Below are positions 11,941-24,192 of a stretch of DNA of 64,000 nucleotides, in pieces. Where the stretch lies: contig CM000153.2 of the NCBI GenBank assembly GCA_000004695.1, positions 2,560,001 through 2,624,000 of the forward strand, in the 5' to 3' direction. Made by a program: the position numbers and the translations under genes. Each line of letters starts with the position of its first letter. The stretch's first letter is position 1. Below the pieces are notes generated by a model that was not told where the DNA came from, ran no database searches, and saw nothing but the letters and a program-made list of their open reading frames with translations. This stretch comes from Dictyostelium discoideum. Lineage: Eukaryota.

Positions 11941-12036
11941 TGGTCCTTGAACAGTTGCTTTCCATTTTTGTAAATTATCATCTACAAGATGAGCTGAACA
12001 CCATGATGGTGGAGTTTTGAGCATATCGGTGATTTC
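11941..12036 (-). CDS. Ubiquitin-conjugating enzyme E2, exon 2 (EITDMLKTPPSWCSAHLVDDNLQKWKATVQGP)
   Basis: ttag acceptor, 32 codons, then a GTAAGT donor. This matches the UBC N-terminal helix and the PP..C.A.P...D...W.A.I.GP pattern. Confidence 0.75.
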
Positions 12037-12097
12037 CTAAATAATTGAAAAAAAAAAAAAAAGTAATTAATATAAAAAATAAATGGTAAATAGTTTA

Positions 12098-12131
<34 letters not shown>

Positions 12132-12213
12132 CATATGTCCACTTTTTGTTTTTTTTTGTTTTTTTATTCTATTTTATTTCCTTTTTAATAATGTTTATCA
12201 TTTTAAGACTTAC

Positions 12214-12240
12214 TTTTTGTAAACGTTTGTGAGCTGCCAT
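12214..12240 (-). CDS. Ubiquitin-conjugating enzyme E2, exon 1 (MAAHKRLQK)
   Basis: ATG followed by 9 codons and a GTAAGT donor. It joins in frame to exon 2. Confidence 0.7.
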
Positions 12241-12393
12241 TATTTTGTTTCTGTTATACAAATTATCTATTTATTAAAAAAAGTTTTTATGTGTTTGTGT
12301 GTTTGTATATATATAAATAATATATGATAATAAAACTATGCGAATAAAGTGGTGAAAATTTGTGAAAAAAATTAAAAATTAAAAAAAGTGGGG

Positions 12394-12458
<65 letters not shown>

Positions 12459-12885
12459 TTAAAAAATTAATTAAATTGAAAATAAATAAATAAAATTATT
12501 ATATATCTTTAGAAGTAAACTATACTAAAAAAATATATAAAATTTTTTTTGTGATTGAGAATACACCAGAATAAAAGAAAAAAAAAAAAAAAAAAAATTA
12601 ATTTAATTTTATAAAAAAAAAAAAAAATAAATAAAAAAAATAGAAAAAAAAAAAAAAAAAAAAAAACAAAAAAAAAAAAAAAAATTAAATTTAATTTAAT
12701 GATTTTCAAAAAAAAAAATTATAAGAAAAATTTTAGAATGTGACAGTTCTTAAAATAGTTTGCAAAGATTTTTTGTCATATGAAAAAATATTACTTTTTT
12801 TTTTTTTTTTTTTTTTTATTTTATATTTTTTGTTTATAGTTGTTTTTATTATTATTAATATTATTATTATTATTATTATTATTAC

Positions 12886-12929
<44 letters not shown>

Positions 12930-13153
12930 TAAAATAAACTAATCCAAAATAAAAATTAAAAAAAAAAAAAAAAAAGAAAAAAAAATATCCAAAATAAAAA
13001 TAAAAATAATTGTGGTGAAGTGTTTGTTATTTGCAACCTTTTTAAAGAATTTTATTTTATTTTAATTTTTTATTTTTACAAGTTATTATTATTTTTATTT
13101 TAATTTTTATTTTTATTTTTAATAATCTATTTTTATTTTTTTTTTATTTTTTA

Positions 13154-16100
13154 TTATTTTTTTTTATCCATATGAATAGTTTTATTTCTTACAAATAACC
13201 TAAATTTAGCATCAGTCCTGTTCTTATGTATACAAAAAGCAATTGAAATAATTATAACAGCAGCAAAACCAACTGAACCAATAATAATACCAACAAGTTG
13301 AACAGTTGACAAACCAGATTTACTATTGATATTTGAACAAATAGAGTTATTGTTATTTGATGCTGATTTACTATCGATTAATATAGAAAAATCTATATAA
13401 AAAAAAAAAAAAAATTAAAAAAAATAAAAATTTTTTAAAAAAAAAGTTAGAACCCCAAAGTTTTAAAATTCAATAAAAAAAAAATAAAAAAAAAACATAC
13501 CTGGATCAATAATAATTGAATCACTATAATATGGTAATTGAATACCAATATAAGTTTGAGAAGATGCAGCATTTGTAATTAAATTCATTGATGAATCTAA
13601 TAAAATATTTGAAATTGTTTGAACTGTTGAATCTACGATTGCCCTCTTAATGAATCTACCATATAATGAAACAGTATCAACTTGAAGTTTAATATAATTT
13701 GAAATATCATCATCACTATCACTCGTTACACCAAACTCTTTACTTGAACAAATATCATCACTTTTAGAAGCTGATATTGATGCAGACATAATTAATTGTA
13801 ATTGATTTAATTTACTTGAGAAATCATAATTTGAAATATCGATTGTATATTTTATACTTGATGGATTCATTACCAATTGTTGATTTGCAAATTTAATAAT
13901 TGATTTCTCTTTAAACCATTGTAATGTTGCTGTGATTGTAGTTGTTGTATTTGATTTTGGTATGGTGATATTTGTAACATACTGATTTGTATTACTATCA
14001 ATTTGATTATAAACCCATTTTTCAAATGTATATGTATTAACTATATTTGATTGAAAATCTAATTCTCTTAATGAAACTAATGAAATTAATGATTTAAATA
14101 ATATTGTTTCAGTGTTTGTTTCATTATTATTATTACCACCACCACCACCAATTACTGGAATTTCAGTTGATGGATTTGATGTATTTGTACTTGGTTGTGG
14201 TACAATGATGACTTGAGATGTACAATCAATTCCAACCCATGGTGAATAACAAATACAACCATAGTTTTCTTTACAATATCCATTTTTTGAACCACCACAT
14301 TCTGGTGTACCAGCACATGGAATTCTTGGTTTTATTGGTGGTTTTGGTGATGGATCAATAAAATTATAAACTACTGGATAAACTGTAAATTCATTTGATT
14401 GATTAAGATTATTTAAACTTACGACTTTGATAATGAATGGGTTTGTAGTTGGTTTAATATCATTAATTATTATTGATGTTGAATATGATATAGTTGGTGT
14501 TGAAACTTGTGGAAATACTAAATTACCATCTAAATATTTTATATGAACTTTATAATCAGTTTGAAAATGTTTACCAATAATTAATAATTTACCACCACTT
14601 GATGTAATAATTGAAACTTTTGAAATTAATAACTTTTTAATTAATGGAATATTTGACATATAATAAGAGTTTGGTGAAATACTCATTAATCTCTCACTTG
14701 AGTAACCACCAAAATAACCACCATTATTAATTAAACCATAAACACTAAATAGTATATCAGATTGGTACCCGAATCCATAAGGAAGATCAATTTGGCATTT
14801 ATAATCAATTGTATTATTATTAACAATAGTTTTAATTTCTGAAGTATTAAAAATACCTTCAAGTTGTTTCGAAGTAGCATAAACTATTGGTAATTGATCA
14901 GATTTCAATCCACTTTCTGGATCAGTTACTTGAAACTCGAATAATAAAGTTTGACTATTATCTTGAGATGAGACTACTCTTGAAGATTGGAATGATAATA
15001 ATACTGGTGGTGTTTGATCTTGATAATCATCACAATAAATTGTTATCTTATTAATAGTTGGGTCACCAAAATAATTAATGAAAGGATTCGAAGGTGCATC
15101 AAAACTTTTAGTCATATAAAATTCACATGAATAACCTTGTTTATCAAACAATTCAATTTCAATAATTGAATATGATTGAGTTGCACAAATATCTGGAATT
15201 GTTACAATGATATCATGCTGTCCTAAAAATTCATTACCACTAATAATTGTATTATTTGATAAATTAATAGTATATCTTGAGCCATCCATATCACCTCTTA
15301 CAATAACATGACCATAATCAAATCCATTAATTTCATCTTGAATTGTAACTGACCATTTAATTTGATTTGGATTTTGTGATATACTTTTATCTATTGTTTT
15401 AAAAATTGGTCCATATTGATCAAATCCTTTTTTTAAAAAAAATAAATAATTAGTATTTTTTTTAAAAAAAATAAATAAATAAATAATATTAAAAAACTTA
15501 CTTGATGAAGTTACATATAATTGATTCGATGCTGGAAGTAATTGACTATAAAAGTTTGTATAAATACTTCCTAGTTTAATATTATAATTAAAGTAACCAG
15601 TTTTAACATTTGCAGGTACTCTAAATTCAACTTGAAACAATTTAATTGTTGAATTCCATTTTGCAAAACATTGTTTAGATATTCTTCCATTTAATAATTT
15701 AAAATTGTTTAAAAAAACAACCTCTAGCTCAACATTAGTTTCTGTAACATCTGTAAAATTAAAGTACATTATATTATCAATTGATTTGTTTGTGGTGTTA
15801 AGATTATTATATAAAAATGATACATTTTGAATGAGGTATATATTATATATATTAAATGCAGTTGCATCATAAACAAATTTTGGGGGAATTGAAGAATAGT
15901 AACTTGGTTGACTTGTATAATATGGTGAACTTTTTCCACTTGAACCACGAATTTCAATTGTACCTACACCTGAATTTGTATTTTCGTAAACAAATTCATA
16001 CATTGATGGACCATTAATACCATCACCTTCAACTAATGATCCATATCCATATGGTTTATTATTAATTGTAATAATCCCATTTACAAAATCATCACTAGGT

Positions 16101-17699
16101 GCAATTCTAATTAAATAACAATTTGAATCTAAAATAATCATTTCATAATGTTTCATTGTTGGTGTCGCATCATTTAAAGATACAAGATCTGGAGGTAGAT
16201 TAAGAGGGTTTAAACTTGTCATACCATTATATGGAGTTATAACAAATGTATTCCAAGAACTACTCATTAAACTTAATAAGAATGCTACCTTAAATGAATA
16301 TTTATAGTTTGTACCACTCTCAAATCCAAATGGCCATGGTAAAACTGATTGTATATTATCGATTGAAAAACTATAATCAATAATATCGAAATAAATGGAT
16401 GAGTTAAAATATACTGTAAAATATGTCATATTATTAAATGTACCCAATGTAGTTTTAAGAATGTATATCGTTCCACTTGGAAAATAAGTTTCACTTGATA
16501 TTGCTTTATTAATTTAATATATTAGTAAAATATACAAAATAAAAAAATAAATATATAAAAATACTTACGAATAGATGATAATATTGTAGAGTTAATTTCA
16601 ACTAATGAGGAGCCATATTGTGAAACTACTGCAATTCTCTCATTTGTACCAAAATTTTGTAATGCTCCAAAATACACAGTTCCATTATCATTTTGATAGA
16701 AAGGTAACGTTAAAATACCTCCACTTGCTCGATATAAGAAAATTAGAGGATTAATACCTGTATAATTTGCAGTTATTGAAATAACATTTGAAGCAAAGTA
16801 TGAAAATTTTTGAAACATAGGACTGTCTGGGTAATACATAACCTGATTATCTGAATTACTTGAATCTAATAATTTTTTTTTTTTTTTAATTTATTAATAT
16901 GTGTATGTTAATTCTGATAATAATATTAAATGATAATAATATTTACAATAAAGATAAGATGATGGCACTGTAAAATTAAATTGGTAATCAATAAAATAAA
17001 TTGAACAGGTAACATCTTGATTGAAAATTGTGATATTTAAGGGTCTTAAGATAATATATGTTGCTTTATTTGAATCTGAATTAACTAAAACTGAATAACC
17101 ATTTGTTGATATAATTAAATTATTTGATTTATACTTTAAACCGCTTAATATAACATATCCACTATATGCTGTAGGATCAAGATCTGCTAATATATTTGGA
17201 ATATACTTTATTTTTATTGAATTCATATCATATACTAAATTAAATAAATTAATATTTATTTTTATTTTTTTTTTTTCTTATTTTTTTTTTTTTTTTTTTC
17301 CTTAAACATACATTCGCAATTAAAATTAATAATTGTTGACGCATTAATTAAACCTAAATTTGAAGTTAAAGAAATTGAATTTTGACCATTTGGTACATCT
17401 GAGACTAAAATTTTATCAATTTGAGTTATTTGATCATTAAAAACCTTTAAACTTGTTATGGATAATGAACTGTCACTTGAAATTGTAAAAAGGCCACCAG
17501 TACCATTAGATATCACAGAACGAATAAAGAAATCAAAATTACAAGTATTTTTATTTGAATCTATTGGATATTTATTGTATGTCAAAAATGATGGATCTGA
17601 TACATCTTTTACTTCAATTGATTGACCATTTAATAAATTAATTAATATAAATTGAAAAAATAATAAATAAATAATATATTTATTATTATCTCTCTTCAT
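13154..17699 (-). CDS. Large type-I membrane glycoprotein gene (signal peptide, EGF-like Cys-rich module CAGTPECGGSKNGYCKENYGCICYSPWVGIDCTS, C-terminal TM LVGIIIGSVGFAAVIIISIAF plus a short tail); at least 6 exons
   Basis: Approximate exons on the minus strand are 17699-~17320 (signal peptide MKRDNNKYIIYLLFFQFILINLLNG), ~17226-16930, ~16860-16575, ~16505-15509, ~15427-13503 and 13390-13154 (stop TAA at 13154-13156). GTAAGT, GTATGT and GTAAAT donors and AT-rich introns are visible. ORF-table segments 17262..17699, 16894..17226, 16522..16839 and 13463..16447 are the exon read-throughs. Confidence 0.6.
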
Positions 17700-18376
17700 T
17701 TCTTTATTTGTTTCTTCACTTTGATTTTTATTTTATTTTATTTTTATTTTATTTATTTTATTATTTTATTTTATTTTATTATTTTATTTTTTTTTTTTTT
17801 TTATTTTTTTATTTTTTTTTTTCTTGTGTATGAAGTAATGATATTTTTAAAGATATTTTTTGACGGTTTGTTTTTTTTTTGATTTTTTTGTTCAACCCAA
17901 AGTTTTTATATTATTGGAATTGATTTTTTTTTTTTTTTTTTTTTATTCGATTTGGAATATTTTTCATGAGTTACGATTATTTTATTGCACAACACTCTAG
18001 ATTTTTTTTTTAATCAATTTATTCGTTTTTAATTAAATTAATTCATTATTTTTTTTTTTTTAACATTTTTTTTTGGTGGCAGGGTTTAGATTTTTCTAAG
18101 ATATTTTTTTTAATCAATTTCTGAAGGTTGTGTGAAAGAAAAAAAAATATTTATAATTAATGATCTTTGGAAGGATAATTTTTTTTTTTTTTTTTACTAT
18201 AATATTTTTTTATTTTTAATAATTTATAAAAATAGTTTTTCTCTTTCTTTTTTTTTTTTTTTTACCTTTGGTTAAAACATATACAAAAAAAAAAAAAAAT
18301 TAGTTAAATTTATTGATTTTTATTTTATTTTTAATATTCAATTAATTGGAGTTATTTTGTTGGTATCATATTTTTA

Positions 18377-18408
<32 letters not shown>

Positions 18409-18441
18409 TTTTTTTATTTTTTTATTTTTTTTTTTTTTGAT

Positions 18442-18909
18442 TTATTTAATATTTCTTATAATTAATCTATTTTCATAAGTTCTAATTTCATTTAAAGCAG
18501 ATTCCAATTCATTACATAAATGTTTTAAATTATTTGGATCAGTTTGTAGTAAATGTTCAATTGGATTATCAGAACCACATTTTGTAATTAATTTTAATAA
18601 ATAGATTGGATTAATTGATGAACCTAAACTACGATTAGCTATTTGAGTATCTAATCTCCATTCTAAATTTTGATAATGATCTAAATGTGGATAAAACTCT
18701 TGTAATGTATTTCTAATATCTTTTCTATTATCAAAATAACTCTCTCTCAATATTTCTATAACTTCATCGCTTAATTTAATTGGTGCTAATGTATCATTAA
18801 AATCATTTTCATTTAACATAAATCTTGTACATTCTGAAAATAAATATGTAATTGAATCAACTAAACTTTCAATTTTATCTGCTGCTATATTTAGTTTCTC
18901 TAAAAAAAA

Positions 18910-18941
<32 letters not shown>

Positions 18942-19226
18942 AAAAACATATATATATATTAATAATTAAAATAAATAATATATAGATATATAATATTATA
19001 ACTAATTACATACGTGATGCTCCCATATATAATTTTTTATTTGAACCTTTTTTTATAAATTCTAATGCAATTTTACAAAATTCACTTATGACTATATTGG
19101 TTAAAAAAAAAAAATTAGTATTGACAAAATAAAAAAAAAGAAAATAAAAGTTATCATACTTTCAGCTGATAATGATCTTAATGATGATAAATCTTGTTTA
19201 TGTGTATTATCTAATTCTATAATCAT
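18442..19226 (-). CDS. COMM-domain-containing protein (COMMD family), 3 exons
   Basis: Exon 1 is 19160-19226 ([28 protein letters not shown] donor). Exon 2 is ~19015-19091 ([26 protein letters not shown]). Exon 3 is ~18895-18442 and contains [29 protein letters not shown], which matches the COMM-domain signature W-R-(L/V)-D...P...L.L. Splice coordinates are +-2 nt. Confidence 0.55.
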
Positions 19227-19688
19227 TTTTTTTTTTTTTTGAGTTTATTTATAAATATATAATTTTGTACAATGAGAGACTGAAAAAAGTTAAAAAAATA
19301 AAATAAAATTAAAAAAAAAAAAAATCAAAAAAATCTTTTTTTTTATTTTTTTTTTTTTTTTTTTTTCTTCTCCTTTTTCTAAAAACATAAATAATAAAAA
19401 ATAAATTCTAAATGAATTTATTTTTAAAATATACAATTAAAGAATCATATAATTTTAAAAAAACAATAAATTGCACACTGTGATTTTTAGTGATTAATTT
19501 TTTTTTTTTTTTTAATTTTAATAATAATAATAATTAATTATTTTTGCCAATTTTATTTGGGAATGGCCATTAGACAATAAAATTATTTTATTTTATTATT
19601 TTTAACTTTTTTTTATTTTTTTTTATTTTTATTTTAATTTTTATTTTATTATTATTTTAATAATAAATTAAAAATAAATATTTATATA

Positions 19689-19689
<1 letters not shown>

Positions 19690-19781
<92 letters not shown>

Positions 19782-19790
19782 GTTATATTA
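19690..19790. repeat. (ATT)n microsatellite (~33 units) downstream of the ABCC gene
   Basis: Direct reading of attattatt... Similar (AAT/ATT)n tracts recur at 8521-8613, 8781-8870, 10119-10255, 28630-28710, 29445-29500, 32024-32085, 34160-34275, 35770-35880, 43181-43268, 44250-44325, 45005-45115 and 45895-45975. Confidence 0.9.
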
Positions 19791-19814
19791 TTTATTATTA
19801 TTATTTATTATTAT

Positions 19815-22800
19815 TTAATTTGATTCATCATCATTATCAATATTTTGTTTTGATTCACTTGCTTTAACTAAACTATAATAAATTGAATCTTGATTTTTTA
19901 ATAATTCAGAAGGAGAATCATATTCGATTAATTCACCTTTATCTAAAACCATAATTTTATCACTATCAGCGATAGTTCCAAGTCTATGAGCAATTGTTAA
20001 AACTGTACAATCGGCGAATTTAGTACGAATGGTTTCTTGAATTAAAGCATCACTTGCGATATCTATACTTGAGGAAGCTTCATCCAATACGATGATATTT
20101 GCTTTCTTTAAGAGAGCACGACCAATTACCAATAGTTGACGTTGACCAACACTGAAATTATCACCACCATCTTGAACCATAGCATCCAAACCACCATCTA
20201 AATCTTTGATTGCTTTCAAGAGATGAGCATTCTCAATGGCTTCCCAAATTTCATGATCATCATATTGATCGAATGGATCGAGATTGTAACGAACACTACC
20301 GGCGAATAAAACTGGATCTTGTGGAATGATAGCCATACGACTACGAAGTGGATTTAAACCCAACTCGGTGATATCGATGCCATCGATTTCAATGGTACCA
20401 CGTAATGGTTCAACCAAACGGAAGAGTGCTTGAGTTAATGATGATTTACCTGCACCTGTTCTACCAACGATACCAACTTTAGTTTTTGGTTCAATGGTAC
20501 AATTGATACCACGTAACACTGGATCTAATCCTTCACGATAAGTTAACCAAAGATTCTTGAATACTATCTTACCATGTGATGGCCAACTCATTGGTACTGA
20601 TTTATCATTGAACAATGGTGCTTCTGATGGAAGTAAACAATATTCTTGAATTCTTTCAATTGAAACTACACTATTCTCAAGATCACATGACATTCTAACC
20701 ATCCAATTCATATTACCAGTGATTGCCAATGCGTAGGTAATCACTAAACCAGCTGTACCAGCTTCAATTCTTGATCTTGCCAATACTGTATATAACACTG
20801 CGCAACTTACTAAACATGCACCAAGGAATTCCAAACGAATGGCTAACCATCTATTTGAGGAGATATTGATATAGTAACATTTTTGATTCTCATCCAATAG
20901 ACGTTCATTCTCTGTTACAAATCTTGCGACATCCTTGAATGCTCTAATTGTAGTTACACCTGCTAAAGTTTCACTGAAATGAGCATAGATTGGTGATCTA
21001 CTAACACCCTCTAAACGAGTTAATTCTCTTGAGGAATTTAAATAATACTTTTGAATGAAATAAAATAATGCTCCAACTGGCACCATTGCAAGTATAATGA
21101 ATGGTGATACCCATGCAATTACAATGATTGATCCAACCACTTGACAAAATGTATTTAAAAACATACCCAATGTACGTGCAATCGATTCATCAATAGTTAA
21201 TTGATCCTTTGAGAAACGATTTAAAATTCTTCCAATTGGTGTTGTATCAAAGAATGACATTGGTGAAAGAATGACTGCTTTAAACATTTTCTCATGGAAA
21301 AGTTTTGAACCTTTAATTGAACCAAATACCATTGAGAATGAACGTAAAAATGTTGCTGCAATTGTACCACAACTAAATGCCACATAAATACTAAGATAAT
21401 ATTTTGCTTTTTCATTATCTTCAACAGTTGATGATGATGATAAACTAATACTACCACTACCACTACCATTACCATTACCACCATAACTATTTGTCCAAAT
21501 TGATATCCACCAATTTGCTAAAATTGATAACAATTGTGTAAGAACATAGAAACCAATTATACAAGTTGCTAATAATACACCAATAGCTTTGAAATATGAA
21601 AGATATATTTTGAATGAAACTTTACCCTCTTGTTTAGTTTCAACTGAAATGATTTTATTCTTATCTTGTGGTTTAGCATTAACAGTTGTAATTGGTTTTA
21701 ATGAAACACCACTACCACTGTTATTTAATTTCTTATTAATTGAAGTTGGTAATTTCTTTAATAATCTTAATGGTTGTTTTAATACTGATGATTTCTCACC
21801 CTTTTGTAATGGTGTTTGAATATTTTCACCACCATCAATATCAATATCTTCCATTAATTCTCTTTCATCTTGTTCATCTTCTTCTGGTGTTCTAGTAGTT
21901 TGTAAAATACTACCAGATGCAATATCATCACCATCAATATTTCTATTTGATGATGGTGATGGTGATCTTGATCTTGATTTTCTTAAAACTTTTTCTAATA
22001 AATTTTCATTTTCACCTTCCTCTTCTTCATTTTGTTCTTCATTATTTTCACTTTCTTTATTATCGCCACCACCAATTTGTTCATTACTATCAGATGATTT
22101 ATCAGGAGCTTGTTGTTGTTGTAATTGTTGTTGTTGTTCATCATGTGACATTAATTCAGTGAAATGACTACCAGCTTCGATTAAAGTATTGAAATCACCT
22201 TCTTCAACAATTCTACCATCTTTCATTAAAATGATTCTATCGACATATGGTAAATAATGAACAGCATGAGTTACTAATATTCTAGTTTTATTACAAAGTA
22301 TACCATCTTGATTTGAGAGTACATTTTTAAAGATAGCTTTACCAACATGAGCGTCAACTGCTGATAATGGATCATCGAATATATAGATATCAGCATTGTT
22401 ATAGACTGCACGAGCTATTGAAACACGTTGTTTTTGACCACCTGATAAATTGATACCTTTTTCACCGATTTCAGTTTGATCACCACCTGGTAAAATTTTA
22501 ATATCAGGTTCAAGACAACATGCTTGAACCACTGATTGATATTTATCTTGATTTAATTCTTTCGCGAATAGGATATTATTCTTTAAAGTGGCATTTTGAA
22601 TCCAAGCTTGTTGACTAACCAATGCAACTGAACCATTGACAGCAACGGTACCCTTGGTTTTATCTAAATCACCAACTAAACTACTGACAATACTTGATTT
22701 ACCTGAACCAACTTGACCAACGATTGCAACTAATTCACCTTTTTTAATAGTTAAATTTATATCATGAAGTATTGGTTTATTTGGTTCCCATTCCAAGGTT

Positions 22801-24125
22801 GCATTATCGATTTTAACTGCAATACCTGGTTCATTGATATGATGTTCAACAACATTTGGATCTAAATCTTTCTTTAGTAAGAATTTTTGAAGACGTGCAA
22901 CTGAAACCGATGCTTCAATGATTGAACTAACTACACTTGGTAACATATTGATTGGGAATTGCATAACATTGAACAATGATAATGCAGGGAAAGCTTGAGT
23001 TGCTGATAAAACTTGACCTGTTAAAATGTAAACTGTAAAAGTGGAAACACTGACAAACACTGGACTCATTGACCAAAGCAATAATGAAAAACCTTGAATA
23101 TATTTAATAGCTTTCATTACGTCCAATTCTTTATTTCTAATTTCATTTACATGATCCATGAAACTTTGTTCCCAAGAGTAAAGTTTGATCACTTTAATTC
23201 CATTCAATACTTCATTGACTGCTTTAGTACGACGATCTTTTAATTTCATTGATATGGTTTGTCTCTTTTTTGCTAGATTACTAATTGCTAAATTGATTGG
23301 AATCATTACCAACATAATACCTAACCCTGCGAAAACTGATGCATTCAAAATACGATATAGAAGGACCAAAGAGATTGCCAATTGTAATGGTGCTGACCAA
23401 ATCATATGTAGGTATGGACAAAGATCCATAAACTTTTGAGCATCAACCGACATGAGATTAACAATCTCACCAATGGTTGTACCTTCACGTAATGATGTTT
23501 TCAATGCTTTCTTATAGACTGCTGTCACAACTGCTGAACGTAACCACATACCAACTCTATAACAACGATGGAAATATTGATGAAGTAATAATGATTGAAC
23601 CACTGGTGCTAAAAAGTATAACAATGCATAAATTAAACCATCGTATGTATCTTGACTACCATCTCTACTCTCTACAAAACCCAATACCCTTTTCAATAAT
23701 GTTGGACCAACGAAAATCAATAAATCTTGTATAATCTTAAATAATGCTGCAATGTAAAAATGAGGTCCAAATGCTTTTGCTAATGCCCATGGTAATGATG
23801 GATTTGGTTTTTTTAATTGTTCTTCCCATGCTTTTTCAAACTTTTCACTTAACAAAATCGATTGATCAATCTCTCCCAATGTTGGTACATCCGATATCTC
23901 CAATGCCTTCTTATGTCCTTTTACCAATACTGAATTTATCCACCAAAATGTTAATCTTGAGAATAAATTGGCATTAACTTCTTTTGAAATCTCATTCTCT
24001 TCTAAATTTTGATAACTTTCTAAATTGTCAAAGAATAAAACACTTGTAATTGATAATATTAATATTAAACAATATCCAACAAAATATGAAAAATATTCTA
24101 AAAATCCAACATTATAAATTGATTT
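19815..24125 (-). CDS. ABC transporter C-family (ABCC/MRP-type), exon 2: TMD1-NBD1-linker-TMD2-NBD2. The full protein is ~1593 aa.
   Basis: A 1437-codon uninterrupted frame; the ORF table gives a 1370-aa ORF at 19815..23927, and the acceptor ataatag lies at ~24126-24127. Two NBDs are visible, with Walker A motifs GQVGSGKSS and GRTGAGKSS, the signature LSGGQKQR, and Walker B motifs IYIFDDPLSAVD and IIVLDEASSSID. TM blocks precede each NBD. Confidence 0.88.
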   Translation of the reverse strand, partial: KSIYNVGFLEYFSYFVGYCLILILSITSVLFFDNLESYQNLEENEISKEVNANLFSRLTFWWINSVLVKGHKKALEISDVPTLGEIDQSILLSEKFEKAWEEQLKKPNPSLPWALAKAFGPHFYIAALFKIIQDLLIFVGPTLLKRVLGFVESRDGSQDTYDGLIYALLYFLAPVVQSLLLHQYFHRCYRVGMWLRSAVVTAVYKKALKTSLREGTTIGEIVNLMSVDAQKFMDLCPYLHMIWSAPLQLAISLVLLYRILNASVFAGLGIMLVMIPINLAISNLAKKRQTISMKLKDRRTKAVNEVLNGIKVIKLYSWEQSFMDHVNEIRNKELDVMKAIKYIQGFSLLLWSMSPVFVSVSTFTVYILTGQVLSATQAFPALSLFNVMQFPINMLPSVVSSIIEASVSVARLQKFLLKKDLDPNVVEHHINEPGIAVKIDNATLEWEPNKPILHDINLTIKKGELVAIVGQVGSGKSSIVSSLVGDLDKTKGTVAVNGSVALVSQQAWIQNATLKNNILFAKELNQDKYQSVVQACCLEPDIKILPGGDQTEIGEKGINLSGGQKQRVSIARAVYNNADIYIFDDPLSAVDAHVGKAIFKNVLSNQDGILCNKTRILVTHAVHYLPYVDRIILMKDGRIVEEGDFNTLIEAGSHFTELMSHDEQQQQLQQQQAPDKSSDSNEQIGGGDNKESENNEEQNEEEEGENENLLEKVLRKSRSRSPSPSSNRNIDGDDIASGSILQTTRTPEEDEQDERELMEDIDIDGGENIQTPLQKGEKSSVLKQPLRLLKKLPTSINKKLNNSGSGVSLKPITTVNAKPQDKNKIISVETKQEGKVSFKIYLSYFKAIGVLLATCIIGFYVLTQLLSILANWWISIWTNSYGGNGNGSGSGSISLSSSSTVEDNEKAKYYLSIYVAFSCGTIAATFLRSFSMVFGSIKGSKLFHEKMFKAVILSPMSFFDTTPIGRILNRFSKDQLTIDESIARTLGMFLNTFCQVVGSIIVIAWVSPFIILAMVPVGALFYFIQKYYLNSSRELTRLEGVSRSPIYAHFSETLAGVTTIRAFKDVARFVTENERLLDENQKCYYINISSNRWLAIRLEFLGACLVSCAVLYTVLARSRIEAGTAGLVITYALAITGNMNWMVRMSCDLENSVVSIERIQEYCLLPSEAPLFNDKSVPMSWPSHGKIVFKNLWLTYREGLDPVLRGINCTIEPKTKVGIVGRTGAGKSSLTQALFRLVEPLRGTIEIDGIDITELGLNPLRSRMAIIPQDPVLFAGSVRYNLDPFDQYDDHEIWEAIENAHLLKAIKDLDGGLDAMVQDGGDNFSVGQRQLLVIGRALLKKANIIVLDEASSSIDIASDALIQETIRTKFADCTVLTIAHRLGTIADSDKIMVLDKGELIEYDSPSELLKNQDSIYYSLVKASESKQNIDNDDESN

Positions 24126-24192
24126 CTATTATAAAAAAAAAAATTATTTATTAATATATATATTATATATTTATATTTTATATTTTACTTAC

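Noticed and set aside
15428-15508. Peptide segment KFFNIIYLFIFFKKNTNYLFFLKK within ORF 13463..16447
   Set aside because: It is flanked by GTAAGT and ...aaaaaaag and is extremely AT-rich. It is most likely an in-frame unspliced intron rather than coding sequence.
21221-23977. Short ORFs on both strands within the ABCC gene body (21221..21484, 21589..21819, 21917..22162, 23185..23439, 23477..23734, 23744..23977)
   Set aside because: They overlap, out of frame or antisense, a 1437-codon exon that has unmistakable ABC-transporter motifs.
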